From a virus, in IMG/VR virus record IMGVR_UViG_3300029705_000074: a DNA stretch of 38,269 nucleotides; one strand, written 5' to 3'. The notes beneath the pieces were generated by a model, which was not told where the DNA came from, searched no databases, and saw nothing but the letters and a program-made list of their open reading frames with translations. Positions 1 through 9,193 of this stretch are shown piece after piece. How positions within the stretch are numbered: position 1 is the stretch's first letter; each line of letters opens with the position of its first letter. Both the position numbers and the translations under genes were made by a program.

Positions 1-30
1 ACTACAGCACGGGCGGCCGCGTGGCCCCGG
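1..30 (+). repeat. DGR variable repeat (VR), 3'-terminal 30 bp only; the remainder lies upstream of the window
   Basis: Positions 1-30 align gap-free with TR positions 756-785 (26/30 identical). All 4 mismatches fall on TR adenines (A->T once, A->G three times). The shared GC-rich 3' end ggccgcgtggccccgg resembles an IMH (initiation of mutagenic homing) element. Confidence 0.8.
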
Positions 31-47
31 CTTTCGTTATTGGATAA
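1..47 (+). CDS. 3' end (partial) of the DGR target gene carrying the VR; predicted C-terminus ...RVAPAFVIG, stop TAA 45-47
   Basis: The VR reading frame matches the AAC-codon frame of the TR and continues to TAA at 45-47. The gene body is outside the window. Confidence 0.55.
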   Translation, partial: YSTGGRVAPAFVIG

Positions 48-149
48 GCGTAAATCGGTCAGCAAAACCAATACGGCAAAGTTTCACCGCGAGGGCAGTA
101 ATGATTAAAATAGCTTATTAAAAAATCAGTTAGAATAGGAGATAATATC

Positions 150-644
150 ATGTCTGTTAAGAAGAAAGACAGGCACGTTTCCAAGCGCGAATGTCTAGGT
201 AAATCAAGAGAGTTAATGAATTATATCCTAGTTCTTACTCGCCCTCGTGAGTTTGATAAGGATGGAAAATAGATTCAAAAACCCGGACTGCTTGGAGAGG
301 GACAACCTCTCCAGGCGTTCGGTTACGATATACTTACCTGCGGCAAGCGCATACACGCCGCCTGTTATGATGCTTGTGAGATTTATCTGAAAGATGAAGA
401 ATCTCTCGAAGCAAGGACTAAGTTACATAAGCAAGCTATTAAATACTGCGATAGCTTGTTTAGGATTATCGACCTTTGTATCTTTCAATATGCAAAGAAT
501 AACAAGAAGAAGCGTCGTTCTTTCGAGTGCTTGGCCAGATTGGTAAAAGCACAAAAAGAGAGCTTACAGGATAGATTAAACCGTGACAAGTTAATCTACG
601 AGCAAAAATACGAGTATCCTCGTCTTCGAAGAAGAGGTCGATAA
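150..644 (+). CDS. avd: Avd-like DGR accessory protein (small, basic, helical), 164 aa, with in-frame TAG at 270-272
   Basis: ATG at 150 preceded by AGGAG (137-141). The frame stays open through TAG 270-272 to TAA 642-644. The protein is Lys/Arg-rich and sits between target gene and TR, as in canonical DGRs. The track shows only the 3' 62-aa piece (456-644). Confidence 0.55.
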
Positions 645-688
645 ATATTGTTTCCTGGGTTAAATTCTGAATTCTTTCGACGCGTTCC

Positions 689-785
689 CGCAACACCAAC
701 AACTCGAACAACGTGTGCAATGTCAACAATGATGGTAGTGCGAACAACAACAACTACAACAACACGAACGGCCGCGTGGCCCCGG
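689..785 (+). repeat. DGR template repeat (TR)
   Basis: Adenine-rich segment that, in the target-gene frame, encodes 14 AAC (Asn) codons, e.g. aacaacaacaac at 743-754. Its 3' 30 bp match VR 1-30 with adenine-only mismatches. It ends in the GC-rich element ggccgcgtggccccgg (770-785). The 5' boundary is approximate because the VR is mostly outside the window. Confidence 0.85.
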
Positions 786-1156
786 ATTAGATGGAGCATC
801 ACGTCACGAGCTAAGTGCCGAAGGCACGCAAGCGAGTGACACCTAGGATTCCCCAGAATACATTACTCCCATCTAATTGTGGCTTTACTATCAGCCACAA
901 CTTCGCTCCTTGGCGTAATGCTGAGGTTCTAGAGTTTTGTTTTTTGAAGATGTATATTTAGAATTGTAATGTGTTATAGGTAGATCTGCCTTCTCATCTA
1001 AGGAGAATTTATCCCTCTCATGTGTAAGTAGGCATGGGTAAAATTTAAGATTGTAGATGCAGAACTCGAGAAGTAACTGCTATTACTGCATGATAAGGAG
1101 AGAGTGTTATTCAAGACCAAAATAATACTTTCGAGCGTTTTTGTAGTTTTGACGCT

Positions 1157-2320
1157 ATGTATGATGCCTCTTATAGAGTATGTCGAAACGTTCGATGGAA
1201 AGATAGTACAATCAATTTTGAAGAAACCAGAATAGAAACAATCCTGCAAACAGAAGCTGACCTGCGAGCTTGTGAATACGAGCAGCTTGTGTTTAGTTGT
1301 TTCTCAATAATCGAACGAGGCAAACCAAGAGATATAAGAGCGTGTCATATAGACGACAGACTGGTGCAAAATGCCCTCTGTGAAGAGACGCTGCTACCAG
1401 AATTGACTCCTAAATTCATCTACGACAATTGTGCAACCCTGAAAGGTAAAGGCATTGACTTTGCCCTAGACCGCTTTAAGAAGCATTTCCAATCGGCCCA
1501 TAGAGAATATGGGCTAGATAAAGATTTCTTCTGCCTTCGTATTGATATACGCAAATACTTTGACTCTATTGACCATAAAGCCTTGAAAGCAATAGCAAGG
1601 AAAGTGATTAAGGATAAACGAGTGTGCGAGCTATGCTGCTATCTCATTGATACATTTTCTTTTAAGCTAACCAAGGATAAGGAGCCAGTAGCAGGTAAGA
1701 CCTACTATATTATCAAGAACCATAAGTATGTGCGTGCGGCAGCCCCGTCTTTCCGGCCGGGCCGCAAGTACTATGAATATGAAGAAAGAAGTCTAGGCTT
1801 AGGAAGCCAAACATCACAATTGTTCGCCCTGTTGACATTGAACGAAGTTGACCACTTCATTAAAGAAACATTGCATATCAAGTATTATGGTCGCTACATG
1901 GATGACCTTTATCTCATGCATGGAGACAGCCAATATCTTGCGCAATGTTAGAAGCGGATTGAAGAAAAGTTGCGAGAAATTGGACTAGAGCTTAATCAGA
2001 AGAAAACCACGATTACTCGCGTCCAAACAATCATGGAGGATGGTGTACGCCATGCTCCAGTAAAATACCTTAAGTGGGACTTTTACATTACTTACACCAA
2101 CCATATCATTCAGACTCCCTTTAAGAAGAAAATCGTTCACCAGCGACGCAAGTTGCGTAAGATGCACGCACTTTGGGTAAAAGGTCTATTACCAACAGAA
2201 GAAGTGCAGAAATCTTATCAAGGTTGGAGAGCACACGTAATGAAGGGGACCTGTTTCTATATAGTTCAAGATATGGACAACTATTTTCGTTCACTATTCA
2301 AAGGAGTTGAGATTAAATGA
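1157..2320 (+). CDS. DGR reverse transcriptase, 387 aa, with in-frame TAG at 1949-1951
   Basis: RT motifs LRIDIRKYFDSIDH and YYGRYMDDLYLMHGD (YxDD). The DGR-specific motif LGLGSQTSQLF ([I/L]GxxxSQ) is present. DDRLVQNALCE resembles Bordetella bRT KDRLVQHALCN. Track ORFs 1157-1951 and 1970-2320 are in the same frame, separated only by TAG. Stop TGA 2318-2320 overlaps the next ATG (ATGA). Confidence 0.9.
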
Positions 2321-3000
2321 AATATGTCTTAATCAATAGAGGCAATGTTGTTGTTGACATCCTCAATGAAGTAAGATACATCAAACTACAATCCAACGGG
2401 TATGTCGTTGCCTGTCCGGAAAGTGAAGGTACTGGGGTTATCGGTTCTGACTGCGATACTCACTACGCTTTAATCAAAACCGATACGCTAAGCTCTCCAA
2501 ACGCAGTTCGCGTCATCGAGAGAGAAGAAATCCCATCTGAGTTAATGCCTGGCCTTTACAAGCTAGATACAGAGACTAATGAATTCGTGTATCGTTATTC
2601 TCTGGAAGAGGCTCAGGAAATGAAACAAGAGCAGAATAAGGTATTGTTCGCAGAATATCTTGCCGCTCACCCACTAACTTGGGTCGATGGGAAAGAATAT
2701 GGAGTCACAATGGAAGACCAGTCTGAGATTAGTTTGAACATTAACCAGTATCAGATTGCTCTTCAAGCGGGTGTCGAAAACCCTGTGCTCGAATGGCACG
2801 CTCGTCACGAAGAGTGTACCGCATGGCCCCTTGAACAGCTTGTTGCGCTGTCTTTGGCCATCTCTGAAGTCGTCTATCCTATGTATCGTCTATGCCAAGA
2901 ATATAAAATCGCTATCTATGGCGCAACCTCTATGGAGGAACTTGCGGCCGTCCAGCTTGTATATGGCGAGGAGCCTAGCGATGAGGAAGCAGCTGAATAA
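2317..3000 (+). CDS. hypothetical protein, 227 aa (possibly tail-fibre-assembly/DUF4376-like; weak)
   Basis: Uninterrupted ORF. The ATG overlaps the RT stop, suggesting translational coupling. Stop is TAA 2998-3000. The family guess rests only on N-terminal style and position. Confidence 0.45.
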   Translation: MKYVLINRGNVVVDILNEVRYIKLQSNGYVVACPESEGTGVIGSDCDTHYALIKTDTLSSPNAVRVIEREEIPSELMPGLYKLDTETNEFVYRYSLEEAQEMKQEQNKVLFAEYLAAHPLTWVDGKEYGVTMEDQSEISLNINQYQIALQAGVENPVLEWHARHEECTAWPLEQLVALSLAISEVVYPMYRLCQEYKIAIYGATSMEELAAVQLVYGEEPSDEEAAE

Positions 3001-3436
3001 GCTTATTGCCCTCTTTTTGACCGGTGGTACAATTTATTACCTCATTGAAGCAGTTTGGAAAAGCTGCTTCAGTGATGGTATACTACACTGGTCAATGTTC
3101 TTGCTTGGCGGGCTGTGTTTCGTTATTATCGGCGGTTTAAATGAGTATATACCCTGGGAAATGGATTTAATTAAACAGGGTCTAATAGGTGCTGTTGTAG
3201 TCACCTCATTGGAGTTCATTTTTGGCTGTATCCTCAATCTTTGGCTTGGCCTTGGCATTTGGGATTACAGCAATTCACCGCTAAACATATTAGGATAGAT
3301 TTGTTTACCTTTCTCAATAGCTTGGTTCTTCTTGGCTATTATCGCTATATTGCTTGATGATTTCCTGCGTTATAAATGGTTTGGCGAAGAAAAACCACAC
3401 TACCACATTCTCAATCGGCAACTTTGTGGTAAATAA
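2981..3436 (+). CDS. small polytopic membrane protein, 151 aa (holin-like or DUF1113-like), with in-frame TAG at 3296-3298
   Basis: ATG 2981 with GAGGAG 7 nt upstream. Several hydrophobic helices (LIALFLTGGTIYYLIEAVW, FLLGGLCFVIIGGL, GAVVVTSLEFIFGCILNLWLGLGIW). After TAG 3296 the frame continues into another hydrophobic helix (ICLPFSIAWFFLAIIAILL) and ends at TAA 3434-3436. Confidence 0.6.
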
Positions 3437-3442
3437 AAATAA

Positions 3443-3473
3443 GGGCGAGAGTCGTAATGACTCTCGCCCTTTT
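3443..3473. terminator. bidirectional rho-independent terminator between convergent gene blocks
   Basis: Perfect 11-bp stem gggcgagagtc / gactctcgccc with loop gtaat. It is followed by ttttcttgtttt on the plus strand and preceded by a T-run on the minus-strand sense. It sits between the plus-gene stop 3436 and the minus-gene stop 3483. Confidence 0.6.
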
Positions 3474-3482
3474 CTTGTTTTA

Positions 3483-4244
3483 TTAGCCAACATCAATGAT
3501 AGAGATGGCAATGTTATTCTCTGGCTTAGTAGGTGAGGTAAATACAATACCTACACCGACAGTAGCCTCGGCACCGGAAATCTTGCTATATTCCTCGCGG
3601 TTATCAACATAGGTGATAATAGGATGTACGTTACCATCCTTACCGCAACGGATAGCGGTATTAGCATAGCTATAAGTATAACCATCTGTATCATTACCGG
3701 ACCATCCAGAGGCGGATAGAGTTGCGGTATAGATCACAGAGGTTGCCACTCCGATACGAGTATCGGTTTCGGCCTTGCTATAAACACTAAGGTTGGTACG
3801 TGCACCAGTCGCATCTGTAGCACCCAAACCACCAGCAGATAGAGGAAGTGTACCAAACTGAGGAATACCAGCTGTACTTGCATACAGAGCGCCAGTACCC
3901 TTCAATCCCGTGACACCATTGGTGGTATCACCGATTACCAGCGCGCCTTTCTCAATAGCAATAGCTCTAACAGTATTGTTATCGCCACCGACCAGAAGAG
4001 CATTTTTAGTGATGCCATCTGGAGAGTATAGCACTTCATCAACATCAATGAACTCGATTGCGGTGCCGTTATTTTTAATCAGAGTAGAAGCGTTTACAGT
4101 GTATCGACCGGTCTCGGTGTCAACTACAAATTCGCCGCTATCTTCGAAGAAGTACGCATAACCGGGATGTAGTGCGTAATTGGAGAAACCGTTAATGCCG
4201 TCAAAGTCATCAGCGGTTCCGCTATAAATCTTAAATAAAGCCAT
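3483..4244 (-). CDS. tail fibre/receptor-binding-like structural protein, 253 aa
   Basis: ATG 4244 with AAGGAGG upstream and TAA stop. Gly/Thr/Ser-rich beta-type composition. Last gene of the tail/fibre block. Confidence 0.55.
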   Translation of the reverse strand: MALFKIYSGTADDFDGINGFSNYALHPGYAYFFEDSGEFVVDTETGRYTVNASTLIKNNGTAIEFIDVDEVLYSPDGITKNALLVGGDNNTVRAIAIEKGALVIGDTTNGVTGLKGTGALYASTAGIPQFGTLPLSAGGLGATDATGARTNLSVYSKAETDTRIGVATSVIYTATLSASGWSGNDTDGYTYSYANTAIRCGKDGNVHPIITYVDNREEYSKISGAEATVGVGIVFTSPTKPENNIAISIIDVG

Positions 4245-4278
4245 ATTTAGGCCCTCCTTTATACTCTCTAAATATAAA

Positions 4279-6399
4279 TTAGGTTGTTACTTGTCCGCGT
4301 TCGTCTCCGCGAATAATGGGTACTGGGGCAGATTCAACCATATCTGGCAGAACATTAGAGTTATCTTCGTGTTCCACAAATCGTCCCCAAGTATTTAGTG
4401 TATCATCGAGAGCCCCTAATAGCTCGTCAATCTTAGCTTGTGAGTAGGTTTTCTTCTCGCCAGTTTCGGTATCAAGACCTTCAATCAGCGAGTTGACATA
4501 TGTGGCAGAATATGCCTTATCATCAGACTCAACATATACTCTTGCGATAAAGCTATCAACAGCACCAGTTAGCTGGGAATAGGTCCAAGCTCCAGCCACT
4601 CCTACTTGCGGAGCTGTCTTATAGAACCAATAGGCAATGTTACCAGAGTCATCAGCAATATTGGCAGAGTATAGTTGCTCAGATGTTGCATCAGAATGGT
4701 TTGCATCCAATACAGCAATAGCAGCCTCAATGCTTGCTTGTTCTCCAAGGTCTGCAATGAAGTTAAGCGCGGCGCCGGTCGGACCGACGAGATTTGCTAC
4801 CACTACTTTGCCAGATTCTTTGTACTCATACAGATCGCCGGTATCCGTATTTAACCAGTAATCTCCGGTAATTGCGCCCGCTGGCTCGGTGGTTCCAGAA
4901 TACATCTTACTTCCACGAGGGATACCAAACTTGAAACCAAGCTTATCGGCTCCACTGACCTCCACTGCCGCAGTCGCTTCTTCCGCAGGTCCAAGGGTTT
5001 TAGTTTCAGTAACCTCAGCCAACGGAGCAGTGGGCAATCCAAATGTGAAGCTCCAAGTGCCATCAGCAGCCTGTTCAAGCTCGACGGTTGGCTTTACAGC
5101 TTCTTTAGTGGTTGCGTCGTATGGATCAAGCGCATTAACCTTAGAGGTTCCATTAAAGCTGGGTAGTAAAGTACCCTTGGCTACCCAAACACCATCCACA
5201 AGTTCATAGATAGTGTTATTAGAAGTTATAATAACAATATCGCCATCATGGTATGTATCATCTACCGCAGGTAAGGTTGCCGCTTGATAGAACTTACCAG
5301 TACGTGGTAGTGTAAAGGTAAGAATCTGATGTGTACCATTCGCGTTAGGAGCCATTGTAACCCCAGGATCCTCACCCGGATTAACAAGTATTGTATCTGC
5401 TAACTCAAACTGCCAAGTATTAGGAATCGTGATATTAAGTACTGGATTATTGACATCAGTTTTGTCCAGCCATGCCTTAATATCCTCCTCTGCCACAGAT
5501 GGTTTTACATGAGTGACAGGCACTTGCTCCTCAAGGTTTTGAGATTGAGGAAGTTGTACTCGTAAAATCGGGGTATTGATGGTTGGCGTATACAGAATAT
5601 TAGCACCGCTACCATCTTTCTTATAGATAGGTTCATTATTGCTATCATAAGACTCGATGATATAATAACCTTGAACAGTATCTTTATTCTCGGTCTTGGT
5701 GATAATATAAGCCTTGGGCTTTTCACCAACATCCAAGATATCATACTCTGGATGTGCTACACCCTCAATTACTTGTACGCCAATACCCAAGAGGTTTTGA
5801 GACTTTGGTAGAGTAAACTTGAATCTACCGAGATAAGCCTGGTCTGGTGCCTCGTTGGTGCCATGACTACCAATATTGCGTAGCTCAACGGCAGGTAACA
5901 CGTCCACATTAGCTTCTACAATATCCTGAACACCATTGTCGAAATTCCAGCTACCTGGGATAGATAACTCAATTTCTACTTGGTCAGGGTAAGTTTCTCT
6001 TGTAGTATCAACTTCGGCCTTAGCGCCACTACCAGGAGCCAAAGTCTCCTTTACACTTGCTGTAATTCGTGGTGTAAAACCTGTTAATGTTGAGATAAGG
6101 GTGTATACAATACCAGTGCCTCCGGCGCTTTCGTCGTAACCCTTTCTCCAAAGAGTGGAGTTGTAACTTTTCTGCAAATCGTTAGCATTAGCCGCATAGG
6201 CCAGATCGCTATCTCGATTTGCAATAAACTTATCGCTACTAGGCTCACCGTAAGAAATCATTACATATTCGCCAACTGCGATAGAGGATTTCCACCCCTT
6301 GTTGATATCTCCGAGCAAGCCATCTGCTCCATAATAAGTCGGGAAAATCGCCTTAATTTCAAAGCTTTGTCCCGCAGGACCGCCATAAAAAGAATTCAT
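4279..6399 (-). CDS. large tail structural protein (fibre/spike-like), 706 aa
   Basis: Uninterrupted ORF. ATG 6399 with AAGGAGGG upstream. TAA stop 4279-4281. Confidence 0.6.
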   Translation of the reverse strand: MNSFYGGPAGQSFEIKAIFPTYYGADGLLGDINKGWKSSIAVGEYVMISYGEPSSDKFIANRDSDLAYAANANDLQKSYNSTLWRKGYDESAGGTGIVYTLISTLTGFTPRITASVKETLAPGSGAKAEVDTTRETYPDQVEIELSIPGSWNFDNGVQDIVEANVDVLPAVELRNIGSHGTNEAPDQAYLGRFKFTLPKSQNLLGIGVQVIEGVAHPEYDILDVGEKPKAYIITKTENKDTVQGYYIIESYDSNNEPIYKKDGSGANILYTPTINTPILRVQLPQSQNLEEQVPVTHVKPSVAEEDIKAWLDKTDVNNPVLNITIPNTWQFELADTILVNPGEDPGVTMAPNANGTHQILTFTLPRTGKFYQAATLPAVDDTYHDGDIVIITSNNTIYELVDGVWVAKGTLLPSFNGTSKVNALDPYDATTKEAVKPTVELEQAADGTWSFTFGLPTAPLAEVTETKTLGPAEEATAAVEVSGADKLGFKFGIPRGSKMYSGTTEPAGAITGDYWLNTDTGDLYEYKESGKVVVANLVGPTGAALNFIADLGEQASIEAAIAVLDANHSDATSEQLYSANIADDSGNIAYWFYKTAPQVGVAGAWTYSQLTGAVDSFIARVYVESDDKAYSATYVNSLIEGLDTETGEKKTYSQAKIDELLGALDDTLNTWGRFVEHEDNSNVLPDMVESAPVPIIRGDERGQVTT

Positions 6400-6411
6400 G
6401 ATCTACCCTCC

Positions 6412-7227
6412 TTATTCCATGATATAGTCGATAATGACATTCTCAAGGTCGCCAGGTTCTCCAGCAATATAAATGCCATTAACGCCTTCGTAATATCTGG
6501 CTCTTGCCACGGTATAAGCTGCCAGATATGTATCTTCGATTTTTCGCATCTCTGTCGTCTCATCTGCGCAAGCTTCCAGAATTTCCAATCGAGCTTCATA
6601 ATCAACTATATCACTACTTAATTGAGCAATTGTAGCTTGCTTTGCCACTATTTCTTGCTATTTAAGTTGATACTCTTGAGTACCCTCGACTAGTTCTTCA
6701 AGCTCTTTTTCCAGTAGCACTAAGGTTGCCTGCTCTTCCAATAAAACTGCCTGGGTTTCGGCCAACAGATTTGTATATTCCTTGATTTGCTCTTGAATGT
6801 CGAGCCAAGAAACCGCATAGCCATTGTCCGGATTTCCATCTGGGCTGGTCCAGGCTAAATAAGCTAATTCACGGTCGGACATTGCCGTCTCAATTCCAGC
6901 TTGACCTTCCGCTTTAGCTTCTTCTTCTTTTTCCGTGTCACGCTCATAATTCTGAGGCTGAATGAAATAAAGCTCAGTAATAGCGATATCTTCATCAAGC
7001 TCATAAATACCAGTTCGTCCAATCATAATCTGCTTAAGGTGGTTAAGCACCATCTAAGTACCAGGAGGGGCTTGAACACCAACCTTGGTAAGCTGTGTAG
7101 TTCCTGCTGACCCAATCTGCGCAATTAAGTCGCTATATGGATTAAAGTCTACTCCACTTTTAACCTAAGCAGTGAGATAACCAGAGCTACTAGGTATACG
7201 ATAGTACATTTGTCCAATTTGCGCCAT
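6412..7227 (-). CDS. hypothetical coiled-coil-rich protein, 271 aa, 3 in-frame TAG (6658, 7054, 7165)
   Basis: Track ORFs 6412-6648 and 6658-7053 are in the same frame. The frame is open through TAGs up to ATG 7225-7227, which is preceded by AAGGAGGAAAAGGCG. TAA stop at 6412. Confidence 0.55.
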
Positions 7228-7240
7228 CGCCTTTTCCTCC

Positions 7241-9175
7241 TTACACTCTTGTTAAAACTTCCGTTGCTGTAATACTCATGACACCATTATAAGCAAGAGG
7301 AAGAGTAAATTGAGTAATCTAGTAATTGCCATAGATGTTGCTCTCTTTGTCTTCAATCCTGATAATATTATTTGGTTCCATGTAATATTTTGGCAAGCAG
7401 GTTAGAGAAATAGTGGTATTATAACATAAGTTCTAATACATCATTTCTCGAATTTTGTCGAAACAGCTCGCCCCAGTAGAACTCGTCAAAAATAGGTCAT
7501 AGTATTCTTTCTATAAGATAAAAAATCTTTGACCCATATTCTCGTAACGCACCATTTCATCATGGTTTAACCCTTCGATGAATACAACGTCTGGGACTTC
7601 GCTATTATATATGGTTTTTATCTCAGTATTATTAACCACTTTAGTCCTGCGTCCGATATTCTTAATAGAATACTTGCCCAAAGCAACCGTTGGGTCAGAT
7701 GCATCAATAAAATCTAACCAAAAGTTGATAGAAGCAGGGTCGTTAAAAACATCGGGATTCCAGTGATTTGTGGCCGCCCAATTCTCATTCATTGGGTTAT
7801 ATAGTCCACGCCACTCGGCTAATAATTCAGAGTCATAGTAGTTATCATACACACTGGTTGTTACCTGAGCAACAAGAGCGTGACGATATAGCTCCTCTCT
7901 CCATTCCGTACAAGGAACGCCAATTAAGGTTGCAGTATAGCCAGATTCGGGTGGGGAATAAGTCTTGTCCTATTCGGTAAACTCATAACGAACAAGGCTT
8001 CCAGAACCATTCTTAACTTCCCACATATTCTTATTAACCAAGCTATCCTCACCATCAATAGCAGGTTTATCATCAATAGCAAGATGATAACGGATATTAA
8101 CCTTGACCCCGGAAGAAGCAGTCCGCTGTCCCCAAACATAAAAATCATTCTTCACGTTCGCATAGTTGGGATTGCGGGAAAGCTGGGTTGTGGTGTCTAG
8201 TGAGGTCAATGAATAGAGGAACTTAGCATTGTTGTAAGAACGCACATAGTCGGCTGCGGATAGTTCCTCTAGAGGGCTGGCAGTGTTGAGATAGTTCTTA
8301 ATCTCTTGGAAGATAAAGTTACCGTCAATATCATAGTAATATTCAAAATTACCTAGCGTCTTGACGATTTTATCCAGCAAAGAAACTACGGTCTCACCAG
8401 CGTTTAGTACAAGTTCACCGGGATAAGTGAAATCGGTATACTTATATCCTGCATCCTGTCCATAGCTGTACATATGCGGGAAGTCTGGGTTGTCTCCACT
8501 AAAGCTCAAGCTTTGATAATCACTAGAGAAGTATACTGGAGCATCACCAACATACTTAACCAACAACTTAACCTGCTCGTCGATATCTGTGATGATGATA
8601 CGATTAGCATTCTCTCCACCCCAGTGGTTAACTGCTTCAAAGATAATTTGGAAGATTGTGGGACTCTAGATCTCAATATCCCCATTATCTTGATATATTA
8701 ACTTCTCATGGAAGGTTGTAGACGCCGGCAAGGTCCCGCCCGCAGTTCCATCTAATAGACACATTTTATCCTTACCATTGATGGAGATAGACCATCCACT
8801 GGTAGAACGTGAAATGTTTGCACCAGATAGTACAAACAGACCGCAAGGGAACCAAATAATCTCGCCATAGTGAGCATAACTCTTTAGGGGATTTTTATAA
8901 CCCACATAGACTTTGACTTTCTTGTTAATAGAAATCTCATTATCTATGTTTTCAAGGTCGCTATTCTCGGCGGAGGCCAGCATAGTAAGGTTAATGGTTC
9001 TTCTAACAGAAGAAGAACCATTAACACTTAAACTACCAGCCGTAATGTTTCCCTATATCTCCCTAATGGGAGTTTCATCCTTGAAAGAAAGAAGAACAAT
9101 TTTAGCGTATTGTGTACGCATATGTAGCTTGTCTAACTTCTGTAAGAAGTCCATGTCATTTAGATAGCCAAACAT
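7241..9175 (-). CDS. large virion structural protein (baseplate/tail), 644 aa, 6 in-frame TAG
   Basis: Track ORFs 8666-8983, 7970-8566 and 7511-7852 share one frame. Gaps contain no TAA/TGA. Read-through of TAG 7511 adds ~90 aa and ends at TAA 7241-7243, which lies inside the SD of the next gene. The first ATG after the upstream TAA (9194) is at 9173-9175. Confidence 0.55.
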
Positions 9176-9193
9176 TACATTCTTTCTCCTTTC

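Noticed and set aside
596-839. Track ORFs 596-802 (-) and 648-839 (+) encoding poly-Val/poly-Thr peptides
   Set aside because: They are alternative-frame readings of the AAC-rich template repeat. There is no RBS, and the low-complexity translation is a by-product of the repeat.
2336-2362. 10-mer ttgttgacat shared between gene 2317-3000 and the reverse complement of the TR
   Set aside because: Wrong orientation for a VR (a plus-strand VR would match the TR directly). Too short. Likely coincidence.
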